The position numbers and the translations under genes are program-made. 64,000 nucleotides of DNA. Origin: Phoronis australis (taxonomy: Eukaryota; Animalia; Phoronida). The stretch's first letter is position 1. Every line of letters starts with the position of its first letter. A model generated the notes under the pieces. That model made no database searches, was not told the DNA's origin, and saw only the letters and a list, made by a program, of their open reading frames with translations. This document shows, in pieces, positions 40,092-52,310 of the stretch. The stretch spans positions 929,000-992,999 of the forward strand of contig NMRA01000086.1 in NCBI GenBank assembly GCA_002633005.1. The letters are read 5' to 3'.

Positions 40092-41849
40092 CATTTCAAT
40101 ACCAGTTCAAAGTTTTCCAAGTTATAACCATGTTTAACTGTGATTAAGTTTGATATTCCCGCTAGTCGGCTCTGTAGTAAATCCTTTCCCACAAAGTGTG
40201 GACATTTTTTGTCCTGCAGCAAACACGAGAAATTTTACATTTTGATAATACATATTATATACGCTATGCATTTGTATAACCAGTATGTTAATAATTACAA
40301 AGTTGCACCATATACATGTACGTCCTGCATCACGTGGCTAAGTCAATCTTTGTGACAACAGTAATGAAAATATTCTTATCACTTTTATTTCCCTTTTATC
40401 TTTTCTTATGTACTATCTCATCTTATTGTTCATGTATGCTGTTCTGTTTTTGCTATCAATCTCAAAAAATGAAGTTTAAGCCCAAAGCGTGCCATTCAAC
40501 AGTGTTGGTGCACCACTAGGCTTTCAACAATTGTGCCAAAAATTTAAAAAACCTTCAAAAAAACCTTCCGCAACTGATTCCAAAGTCAATTGAAAAAACG
40601 AGCAAAAATATGCAAAATCAGCAGCTTTTACACCCAAAGCCACACTTTGCATGCTATTACTAAGAAATGAACAACAGTACATTCAGACTGCCAACACTCT
40701 CCAGATTCTAAAAATCAGGTGAAAAGTGGGCGTCGATCAGTCATATTTTCACAAATCCAAAAAGTCTGAAGGGTACCTAAATTTCACGCTAAATTTCAAC
40801 TTCCCGCCACGGCTGAGCAAAAAGTGGGTCAATGGATCAACAGCTGACAATCTTTCCCTCATAACAGATTCGAAAATCAAGCAAATACCTTTCGTAGCCT
40901 TCACATGCAGCGCAGAATTTGAAATGCGCAGCCAATCCAACAGCCGCCAAGGGTAGTCAGACTGAACAATGGCTCACAAACTATCGGAGTGCCACCTTAT
41001 GGGGAATTAGCTGGTCGACACTTGATTTTTCAAACGATGGACCTAAGAAACTGAGTTCCGAATATCCGCCTATCGTATGAAAGAGTTGACGTAAAAATAC
41101 AACTCATAGGTCTTCGAAAGTCCGTGAGGATCACCCAGGTGAAAACAAAAATAACCGGAAGTTGAATGATTACAGAGAAAAACACAATGTATGCTTGTGA
41201 ACTGAAAAATTACACTTGGCGAGAAGATGCTTGTAAGTAGATATATGTTTGGGGTATTGTTTATTTCTTATTTTCTACATGTTTCCTTAACCATGGAAAC
41301 GACTAAATTAAATGAACAACAAAATTGCAAGAGGGGGGGGGGGCACAAGGCCTGCTTTTATGGAGGATTTTTATTGTACCGCAGCGAACTCTACTCTATA
41401 TTTGTTCAGTGCTTGTTGTCTGCAAGCAAAAACGATCAATGTCAGCCAGAGCCAGTTACATCTATGATCTCAAAGGTATTAGCTGTCTAGCCCCATGAGA
41501 GGGAAAATGATATCACTCTACGGCGTTTGAACATCTAAGCTTCTTACTCTAACAAGAGATATGTTTGTTTAAAGTGTGTTGCTCAGTTTAACAAAATAGT
41601 TCTGACGTTTTCCGATAGCGACAGCTAGTTGCAACGCATAAGTCTTATTAGAAACAACGTTATGACAAAGCCCGAAGGCCAAGGTCTTTGCGAGCCTGTG
41701 CTCTCTTGGGGTTTTCGGCATCCGTTTATCAGCCAGTCTCAAAGGATCCTTTGAGAGATCTTGAAGCCGTTAGAAACAAGCTCTGATGCTAAAACGTCAA
41801 TTTTCGTCAGATATTTGACTTTTTCAAAGTAGTAAAAAATTTCAAAAAA

Positions 41850-42555
41850 TGAAAAAGTTAATATTAATTCGACGTTATTCGACGTTTCGTCTATTCATTT
41901 GGCATTATCAAGATACAAACAATAAGACATCAAGTGTCATCATACGAGTCAGGTTACGCCCATGAAGTGAAATGCGTGTCACAGAAATGACAGGAAATAG
42001 TAAACAGGTCATCACCATAGCTGTAGGGTCACTGAGCGCTGCATGTTATTCAGAGAACCAGCAGCATGCTGGTCCTGAATGGTCAATTACTTTTAAGGTA
42101 AAGTAATTCGTTTACAGGCTCCTTACAGATTACACTGACGGAATTACCTTGGTGATCGTTACTGACAATGCCTATAGACGTTGCTTTTGTTTAAGGTATA
42201 TTGTCCTCTAAATCTGTCACTGAGGCGTCTCTGTAAGAGTTCTATATATAATTCATTGCAATTATATTCAACCTGATAAACAACATTGTTATTGTTCAGT
42301 TTACAAAGCAAATTGGATAGTTTACTGAGAGGTTTGAGAACCACCATCTGCTCAACGGCTGGGTCTATGCAATGTACAAGACGAGATAATTGACGTTTCA
42401 GCTTCCGACTACTGGACAAAGTGTAACCAAGAGAAAAGAAAACCTTTTTCTCGTGTCCAGTAACTCGCCCGAAACGTCAAATTAATATGGACTTTTACCA
42501 TTTGTGCGGCGATTGTCAGTTTTTCATTCTATCATGGCCAAAAACTGATGTAATT
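41850..42555 (-). mobile_element. Decayed Penelope-like element (GIY-YIG remnant between inverted terminal/HHR-like segments)
   Basis: ORF 42159..42419 reads NNVVYQVEYNCNELYIELLQRRLSDRF, resembling VVY.I.C.C...YIG.T.R.L..R. Minus strand has CTTGATAATGCC..GACGAAACGTCG at ~41878-41912, and the plus strand has an inverted GAAACGTCAAATTAATAT at 42471. Confidence 0.7.
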
Positions 42556-42956
42556 TCCAAAACATTGTCAACACTTTCTTAAACATAATTTGTTTAAATT
42601 GAAATCGGTCACAATTAAATCGCGTGGAATTCCGCTCCCTGCACTGCTTTAGGCAACTAAATCTAATACGCCGTAAAACTTAGCAGCTTACGCACCTGAT
42701 CTGCCGCAACAGCGTACGGTTAGTTCTTTTTTGCTCAGAAATCTTTTTTAATCTAAGCGCATTGGAACAAAATGAAAGCGAGTATATAACAGTAAGTTGA
42801 ATAAGTCAAAACTCTATGTGACGTAAGGCGCGGGCCGTTTTGCACCTTTAGAATATTGTTTATGTCTAAACTTCAGGACCTGAAAATTACGAGGTTCTAA
42901 CATTTGTTCAAAACTAAGCTCAGCTTTACAAAAGTTAATCTAATTATAGGATAAAG

Positions 42957-43233
42957 CATGCGCGCACCCAGCCTAAAAATGGGGGGGGGGGCTCGAATTT
43001 TTCAGAATGTAGACCTTTTACTAAGATTCACGGGGTACATATACGTTCAGAGCTATGACCTGTGCATTCGCCGAATTTCGATAGTCCTTGCTTTTAAGTG
43101 GACTTTCATTTCGTGAAATTCTACTTTTTTTCTGAGTCTTTATTTTTCTAAGGTGGACCTTTTTGCCTACTTCGCCAAATAGGGTGGGGAGAGGGGCTCG
43201 TTCGAGCCCCCGAACCCCCTGGGTGCGCGCTCG
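42957..43233 (+). mobile_element. MITE family A copy
   Basis: CATGCGCGCACCCAGCCTAAAAATGGGG... identical start to the 12791 copy. Ends CTGGGTGCGCGCTCG. Flanks TAAAG/TTAAG. Confidence 0.85.
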
Positions 43234-45802
43234 TTAAGATAATAGCCAAAGCGTTCATGATAACGATCCTGAAATTTTCAAGTCGCGATTTTGAAATCAG
43301 CCTCCAGACGGATTTCTAACCCGGACTACAGCGATTGCAGTCCGACGCTTTCCCGATGGAAATATATCCCGCTCAGCAAGTAGACGAGCGTACTGATCTA
43401 ATAACCTGCTTCGATTTCAGCGAATGACTGGCAGGCAAATGCGAAAGTTGGCGATTGGCAATGCGAGCGCAAAAAGAACGGGTTTTCTGCGGTCTGTTTT
43501 TTTTGAAAAGTGTATTTTAGACTTAAGAAAGAAATTTAGTCTTATGGTCCACATAACTATTTCTGAAATAAAATCAAATATCAATTGTGCAAAATTCCAA
43601 AGTCTCTAAGAATACCTGCTCGTCACGGGGATAATTTCTAAAAAGTATTTTTACAAATCAAAACACATTTTTAAAAAGATTTCGAGTTAAATCATAATTC
43701 ACTTTCATCAAATAGACCCCTAGTCAAGATTAAAACTTCAAAAGTCTATCCGATACAATACCAACAAGGCATTTTCCGCCCATCAATCAAACGTGTCCCT
43801 TTACCCACTTTAAAAATAATGCTTATATTGCCACCGTGACATTGAAGGAACCATGATAGCATTTGAACAAAAATATATAAGAAAGTATCTGCAAAATAGG
43901 TGTGCAATTAACATCCGGCATCTGTTTGATATTAAACATCATAAAGAAAATACTTTGTATACACAAAACTTGCGGAAGTTTCGCTGTAATACGATTGTTC
44001 TATCGCGTTCCCCAGTCCATGCCAGTTACAACATGAGGGCCCAATTGCATAAAAGTTATACGTTGGACAGCAACAATGACATCGCATTATTACGCGCTAC
44101 GTTGTTATTGGTGAACAATGCACCTGACGTCATCCAACTGTCAAACTTATCCAGCGGATAATTTTGAAGTTTTATGCAACCCAGCTCTGATGCTTTTCTC
44201 AATTTGAATTAATCTGGCCCTAAAATATTGTCGGATTTTACATTTTTTCATATTATAGGCATGTCACTCTTTAACTGAATCAAGTACAAGGTGACATTTT
44301 TGAAAGTGAAAATCTTTGCAGCCTTCAACCAATGGCTTTTGTTCTGTGTTCAATTCACTATTTGCACAATTTGGTGGACCTGCAAAAATGATTGTTGTGC
44401 ACTGTTGTTTAGGACACATTGCCTCGTTTTGACATCGCATACGTGAAAGAGATCGTGTTACAAACATGCAAAACCATCGTAGTTTGGACACAACACCTCA
44501 TTTTCAAGCATTATGGCAAATTCGTGCAAGTGGTGAATGAGATCATGCGACTCTAACCAAATGACAAAAGGACGCTTTTGGCTTCTCTAAAATAACTTAG
44601 CCGAAGCTCACCCTCTGTGTCTAATTTTGTTCAGTGCATGATATTGTTTCAAGTATTGTCAGTAATTCATTATATTTTGCTTTGGGCAAATTATTCGACC
44701 CTAACGTCAATTGGCAAACATAAACCGTTTGAAAAAGCAGTAATCTAATTAATGATGAAATCGACTGAAGCCAGTGAAAGCCAGAGACCGAGTATAAAGA
44801 CATCATGCTGTCGATTAAATGTGTTATTGTCGTTATTCTGCTTTAGCACTAACACGAACGTGTGTTTTCTAAGCCAAACATGCTTATTCAAGTTGTTTAA
44901 CACTAGACTAAGAAGTTTGTGGGCAGCTTACAGACCATAAAAGAATTTTTAGCGCAACTACCCAAAACAGCGAAAGGTTTGAAGTTAAAGAGACTTGTCT
45001 CGCTTTTAAATCACCAGAATAAAACACCAGAAAATAATTAGAAACCTCAAGTGGGAGCTTGATATTAATTAACTGCAAGTTGATAATTGTTGCGCTCAGC
45101 CGAATGTCGACATCGTGCTCTGCGGTTTCACATCATCAGACTGGGTCTAGAGATGGTGTCACTCACTGAATTAGTTCTGTTACAGCCGCCCAAACGAGCA
45201 CCTCTGGCATATATGTGAAATTTTCAAGGGTTAGAGAAAAGCCGCCTCTAATTTAGTTATTTTTTGAAAACGTACTAATTGAGTAGCATTATGTACTCCA
45301 GTCTACCAATATTCTTACGCAGGGATAATTAGATATTTTTCTTGATTTCGAGTTTCTCTAATTTTAGCGTTTTCGTGGCCTGTACACCGCTAATTGTTTA
45401 ATACCTTTCTTTGATATCTTACAGTTTTCTACGAAGTAATAAACAGTAGGGATCGACGAATTAGCACTTAAACCTAATTTATCTCAAACGGCATCACATA
45501 AGAAAGCGCACCAATTTCAAAATCACGATTGGGCCGCTCCATTTATATACACGGCGATAATACATGTTGTTGGGATCGTGAAATAAGTTTTGTTGACGTG
45601 AATAAACTAAAAGCAGAAATTTGTATTTTAATACATTCAAATCTGCCGTTTTACCACAAATTAAGACACGCTATATCTTCACCTATGTTCATGTCTAGTT
45701 TCATCATTGTGAAAGTTGACGTCACGTGCGATTAGTTAACATAAGCTCAGCCTATAATGAACATTTTCAAATTAAATAATCTATTCGCTGAAATAAACAA
45801 TT

Positions 45803-46504
45803 TTATACCACAATATTAGCCTTGAATGGCAGATACAACCATGTAATAACACATAAAGTTATCTCACTAGAGAGATAACATTTTGGCGGGAAACTGAGGC
45901 CGGATTTGAACCCGGGCCTCAACAGTTGCGAGTCGCCAACTTTAGCACTACACCACTCAGCAGCTGACGTCATCGAACGTGAAAATAGAATACTTAAATG
46001 AGCACGCGGAACAATCGCATGTTCAGCAAAGGGCATTGCACCGACAATTATACGCTATGAAAAATAAGATGCATAATTTCCATAAAAACGATATTTTAAT
46101 TCAGTGAAATTTTTCTCTCGTGTTCTCTCATTTGTAAATCAATGATCTCCAATTTTAATGCAGGTGTCGTGTGGTCGGAATCCTTTGAGCATTATAGTCA
46201 GTTACTAGTGGTAACCTACTTTAGCAGACGATATATTCCCGGTCGAAGCTTAGCGTGATAAAATTTGTAGTAAGCTATAACAGTTGCTAAACCTCAATTT
46301 ATTGATTCACTTTATTTTTATTTTGTTTTATTTTTCAATTGGTTTTGAGTGAAAGCATTATTTAACAAAAATATCTCGGCTTTTCTTAAAAGGTCACGAC
46401 CTCCGACCTCGGGCCTCTGACATAGAAAGTAGTTATAAAGCCGAGGCGAGTCGAGAAAGGTAGATCGATTCATTGCAATTTTTCTCGTTCAGTATGTGGT
46501 ATAA
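45803..46504 (+). mobile_element. Element D, apparently full length (~700 bp, termini TTTATACCACA/TGTGGTATAAA)
   Basis: Colinear with the 28947 copy for ~480 bp, then continues through GACCTCGGGCC...GCCGAGGCG to an inverted terminus TGTGGTATAAA. Confidence 0.75.
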
Positions 46505-46668
46505 ATAGATTATTACATGTTCTCAGTCGTTATCCCCCGTATCTGGAGCCCTCGTGGATTTTGTAGAATTATCACCCTCGGGACTAACGCCCCTCGGGCG
46601 ATAATTCTCCAAAATCCACTCGGGCTTTAGATAACGGGGGATAACGACTTCGCCATGTAATAATCTAT
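46505..46668. mobile_element. ~164-bp palindromic Crypton-like element
   Basis: ATAGATTATTACATG..AGTCGTTATCCCCCGT..GTGGATTTTG.AGAATTATC.CCC TCGGGACTAACGCCCCTC GGGCGATAATTCT.CAAAATCCAC..ACGGGGGATAACGACT..CATGTAATAATCTAT. Confidence 0.75.
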
Positions 46669-47870
46669 ATGTACTCAAATGTTTCCAAATTAGTTGAAAT
46701 CGAAAAAAACCAATAATTTGAGGTTTATGGCAAACTATGCCGAACCTCTTTAGCGCTCAGTTGAATGATCCTGTTGCTCATTCGCGCTGAGGCAAACACG
46801 AAGGTCATGACCTTTCATCGCTCACATGCACCTTGTTTCAATATCTGGAAACGTAGTTGCGTGGACCCACCTGGGCTTCTTGTTTTTTCATCTTACGTGA
46901 ATCAGTGGAACATAAATAACGATGCTGTAGACTGTAAAATGAGGATTTTATACGGCAGCTGCAGTGGCAATCGAAGCAAAGGGACACGGCGAAACCCGCT
47001 AGTTAACTTGTGCCTCGCTTGCAATGCATGAGACCTCTCGTGAAGATTTTCGTAATCTCGCTTTGATTCCTAAGAAATTATTAGTCCTACTTGCTGACTA
47101 AATGGCTATTTGCGAGTAGGGCGAATGTAAACAATTTTAATTGTTGATTGTTGAAAAGATGACACTAACAAGTGAAACCACATCCTAAATAACTTATACA
47201 TCTATGGTTCGGGTTTTTAAAAAGCATTGTACTTACGCGGTGTTGAAACGCTACCAACAGGGCGCTGGGAATAAGTGAGACTTATCTCCCTTGTTTGCCC
47301 ATGGTTGGTTCAGCTGATTGTGCTGGTGGACATGCCAGACGACAATGGGAGTGAAAACGTTTTGAATGCACATGCGAGTTTGTCAACGAAAACTCTTTGT
47401 TATCGAAAGATTTCGAGAACGAGGATAAAGGTGAAGAACACATGATCCGATCGACGCCATTCCGACGAATTTATGTCGACTGTTGGGCTATCAATGAGAC
47501 ACAGGGCTGCACTGTTTTGTGATTTAGTAATTGGGATGGAAAATGTCCCCTCGATTTGGAAATTTAGGGGTTGAATAATAAGATTGTAAGAATTGAGCTT
47601 GGAAAGCACATTGTGTTAAACTTGAAAAGCGTTTCCAAAATATGTCGAACATTAGGAAGCCAAACACTCCCAGTCTCCTGAAAGCGCGCATGATTGTTGA
47701 AACGTTTACAAGAAATGACATTAATACCCTACCTTCGACACGCGCATAGGCAAAGGGTTGCTTTTTGGATTTTTAAGGTGTGCACTTTTTGTGGACGATA
47801 CTGTCTGACCACCTGGTGACTGGCGTTAAAAGCTTTACAGTAGAGAAGCACAAACGATGACGCACGCTGC

Positions 47871-49515
47871 AATTGACCTATCGCAATCTCCGCCCCTAGG
47901 CGAAAATTCACGTGTCACCCGACAAACAAGAAGATCTCAGAGGCAAATAACAATGCCGCTAAACGACGTTCCTGGTGGAATCGATGAGTGTTATTTGCAC
48001 TACCCGAAAACGCTTCGGCAAAGAATACAGGCGAGGCTTTTCAGCAGAGAATAGTACGTTCATGGTGTGGGAGTTTGTAAAGGTGACGATGAAAAAAATA
48101 AGTGATTGAGGAAAATATTTCGGAGACAGCGAAAATCTGAAGAACCCCACGTGGTTCACGTTCACCCGACAAATGACCAAGCTGGCCTCTGATGCGATAT
48201 ATTCATGTAAAGCTGGATATATAACTTAAAATCGAATTATTTGTACGATACCATTGATTTCAGTGTCTTTCGAAGAAAATCAGTAAAGATCCACCGATAT
48301 TTTTATTCTGTCGTCTGCTAACGTTCGCCAGTGAACGGTAGGTCACAACTGGTGGGAATCCCAGAGTAAAGTAGGTCGATAACATTGTTTACGCTTTTCT
48401 AACCTTAAACCGTAATAGTTTGATTAAAAAACTCAGGTTCCCATAGCTCAGGTACACTCTCATCTCGTCCTAGGCAAAGAATTAACTCCGGTAGGTCTAG
48501 GATGGTTGTGTCCAAGTCAAATTAATTTATGGATTTGGCCGTAATTGCACCATTATAAGACATTTAAGTTAGGCCTACCTTCTAATAAACTTCACATTTT
48601 TTTGTAGTTTCAGTGCATAAAGGTAGCTTTCAGTTAATGTTAAACGTAGCATGATCACAAAGCTGTGGTATGGTTACAAAGTATGACAAGTTTGGTGTAG
48701 TGGCAAAAATGGCTATTTACAAAAATAACTCAAATTCTTTTTGAAAGCTTCATAAATCTAAATATCATGCTTGAACAACATCAAAATAAGCTCTCTCTAA
48801 CTCTACAGACGACTTGTATACTAGAAGCTCTCATCGAAACGTAATTCAACTGTTTATTTTTTCGTGACAACAGCTGAACAAGAGTTCAGTTGAACGCCAA
48901 CGGCTACCTCAGCTACGAAACAAAACGATGTCCATTAGGTCGAAATAAATGAAAAATGATAAAAATGTCCTTGAAAACAACAACTCTTTGGACTACTTCT
49001 AGACGATTGCTGAGATCTAGCAGGTGCCGAGACAAACTTAGGCGGTCAAACGTGTGAAACTCCGGATGCAAAATCTGAGCCAGGCCTATACTGTAGCCAC
49101 CAAACTGATATATGTAGGTGCGTATTTTGGAACCCTGAAATATAGTTATGTTTATTACAACCTTCAAGTAATCAAGCAACATTGCCAAGTTCAGCTGCTC
49201 GTGTGGCCGTTCACACAGTTTCATCCAAAGTTTACACCATCCGACATCACTTTTCGGCTAAGTAGAAGCTAAAAAATAAGAGATATTATTCTGGAGCACC
49301 ATAATGTCTGTTAGAAGTACACATACCATATCAACACCGTTTCACCATTCTTAGCGCACAATTTCTTTAGCTATAGACTAAAATAAGTTTTACACGATAA
49401 CATGTTGTTTGTCGGGTAAAATGGCGGCTTGGAAACGCAGACGAAGGTGTGTCAAGAATGCTGTGTTCTGATTGGTCAGATAAGCCGTCAGTCATAATCC
49501 TGGCGATAGGTCATT
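47871..49515 (+). mobile_element. ~1.6-kb non-autonomous TIR element family F (PIF/Harbinger-ISL2EU/Spy-like termini)
   Basis: TIR TGACCTATCGC / GCGATAGGTCA, inner inverted motif ACCCGACAAACAA / TTGTTTGTCGGGT, colinear with 55478-57112, no transposase ORF. Superfamily assignment is inference. Confidence 0.85.
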
Positions 49516-49516
49516 T

Positions 49517-50050
49517 AGGTGCATGTGCCTAATTGCGAGACTGCGCCTAATTGCGGGACTTAGGCTCATGCGCCTACATGTATGTGCGGGACATTTGATT
49601 TGAACTTGCATTGATTATGGTGCTCCGGATACAGGCGCACCTTCAATGTTAAAAAATATTCCTAGTTTGCACAGACAACGAATCAGACATGGTACATTCG
49701 GATTAGACGTGAAAGCCAATGCCACGGATAGTAGACTCAGGTTGAACAATCACGCCTCGATTGCAATTAAAGCGTTATAGCAATTAAGTATATTTTTCAG
49801 ATGAGGAAATGAACCAAGTGTTACTTTATACGTAAATCGTTCTTGAAAATAAAGTTTGTAATGAGTTTTAAAACCGTCTATTTTAGAATTTAATTGTTCC
49901 TGTACGCACACATAGTGGCACCAACGCCACACGGTGTGCGAAATTGCGGAACTTAGGCGCATGAACCTTTATGTGGGACATTGAGTAGAAATTTTTCGAA
50001 AAAACGCAAGGATCTGCATATAGGCGCATCCGCCTTATTGCGGGCTATAG
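49517..50050. repeat. Repeat remnant with recurrent AATTGCGGGACTTAGGCGCA motifs
   Basis: GCCTAATTGCGAGAC, GCCTAATTGCGGGACTTAGGC, AATTGCGGAACTTAGGCGCA and CCTTATTGCGGGC. Confidence 0.45.
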
Positions 50051-52310
50051 GTAAATGGTGAAAATTACACTAATCTCGCAATGCATTTGTGAATATATCA
50101 CAATTGTCTTGCGTTTGTCAGACGATTCAAATTTATAAACAATCAAAGAAAAATAAACGCTTTGGTCTTACCTTTTGTGTATTTTTGCAAGTATTGAACA
50201 TGTTCTCAACGCTATCAAGTATCAAATAGAGCGTCGTGTGATTGACAGTTTTGATTGATGTAAATGCCTCGAGTTTTACTAAAACGCAGATTGTAAGCCT
50301 GGTTACTGAACCACAGTGAAACAACATATTATACTTTCAACTTTTCCATGCCATGATAGAAAGTGATTACCACGGCTATAAACAACTGCATTCAGACAGG
50401 ATTGCCGAACGCTCCCGAAACTGGGCCATATCAAACAACCATCAGTTGTCTCGCTACAAACCACTGAGCCACGCAGTCTCGTGGCCCTACGTTACAGCGA
50501 TTCAGACCCTACGCAGGCGGCCACGTAGCACTGGAGTGGGATTGCAGTAGCGGGCAATGTGCTGTGCCAAAAAGTAAATTCTAGGGATAAGCCAGGTTCG
50601 GGGGCAGCATTGGGGTTGGCATTGTATGTAGGCTTAGTGAATGTGGTTTACTTGTATTTGCGAACATGCTGGGAGTGAGAAAGACCACTTGTTCGGCTAT
50701 AGAAGGCTTTGCACTTCTCTTCAAAATGGCGGCCCTCTGTTGCAGTTGTGCGTTGCTGAGTAGCCATTAAGAAATCGGCTGCGATTTTAGGTAGAACTTC
50801 AGAAAGCCAGGATTGTGAAAAAATACTTGGTTGACAGGAATGTTTTACCAGATTTTTGGAATTTGCAGGAAATTTGCTTTCAGAATCTAATGTTGGCTTT
50901 TTTCGTGCATCGGCAGGCAAGTGCTGGTTTGAGATAAAATGTGCCAAATTTCTGTTTTTTCCCCAGTTTTTCTTAATTTGTCTTGCTTTTGAGTAGGTGA
51001 TGAAGAGCTTGAAATACTAGACAGAATAAGGTTTCTGTCTTCATCTGTGTAGCTTTTGATGTGAAAAGACTCAAAACTTTTCATTCTTTGCATGCGTCTT
51101 TTCGCGGACCGAGTAAACAAAAGGCCACAGTCCACTGACGTGTGTTCTGCTAGACAAAAACTAGTGAGAACTGTTCTGTGCCCCCTAAGCTCCCGACAAT
51201 CGTCCGACATGACCACTCTGTCACAAAGTTTTCGGATGGGCGTCGGAAAGTCTATGTCAGTTGTCCTAGGCTTAACGCCAGTTCTGCTTTGTTTGATTTT
51301 TTAAACTCGTCAGTTACAATTGACTAAATGAAACACGGTATTTCTGATTATTGCAGGTGGACAATTATGTTGACTTGGTCCTATTTCATCGTTAACGCTC
51401 ACCCCATCCAGCGCTGTAGTGTTTGCGGTCGCAACCTGAACCAAGAGCGACACTGAAGATTTTGTCATCTGACGAGAGAAGATCCGATCTATGACCGAAA
51501 CAATAGATTGTGTACTTATATTGTAGCATAGACAAAGGCACGCGAATGACTTAACCGTTTACCCAGCTGGTCAATTTACTGTGGACAATAACTGATAACT
51601 ACAAGCTTAGCATGGTCGAAAGAGGTCAGTGACCAAGTCTTTAGAATTCTCAGGAGGTCTAATTGTTAGTCTTTGTAGAATACTTGAGCGTCGAAGAGGT
51701 ACCACCAACTGATGCGTGGATAACAATATGCAATTCAATACCGTTATTAGTACTGAACTTCGGAGTGACTTCTGTAAACACTGCGCTTACGTTGGTTCTT
51801 AACTTACAATGCAGTTGTATTTTTAGACGAATTGATATTTGCACACCGGTGATGTTACAAACAAAAGGACGTAAAAGAAAGATAGAGTCAGATCGAACTG
51901 TATTAGTTAACGTCGACTATTGAGTGCAAGTTAATCTCTTGTGTGAACATTTAGAGGCACCAGCGCATAAACTGAAGGATATCAATAAACTTGTTTAAGT
52001 TTGAAAATCTCTTCACCAGAGGAAATCACAAGATTACTGTGATAAAATCAGGTGAGTGAAATAACAGATACGTGCCTGAGGCTTGTTATCGAAGAAACCC
52101 GTTTTAACCTGTGAGAAAAAGTATATCTATTTCACAGAGAAGTGGCTTTATATGTGGCAGAAATGTGAGGAGTACGCGGCGGAACATGCATAACGGATCG
52201 CATGTCAGAAACGTGCTGAAGTTGATAACAGTGAAATTAAAACTTTGTCAGACTCCAATTCGACGCATACAGTCGTGAACAAATCTGTGCCAGAGTTGGG
52301 TATAGTGAAA

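Noticed and set aside
45100-45142. Minus-strand CTGATGATGTG...CACGATGTCG hammerhead-like motif
   Set aside because: The GAAA half of the core is missing. At best a dead remnant.
51465-51510. CTGACGA...GAAA hammerhead-like motif upstream of the GPCR
   Set aside because: No convincing stems I, II or III around the core.
52245-52310. TTG start for the GPCR given by the ORF track
   Set aside because: Eukaryotic gene with an in-frame ATG in good context at 52311. An upstream coding exon spliced at TTTGTCAG (52252) cannot be excluded.
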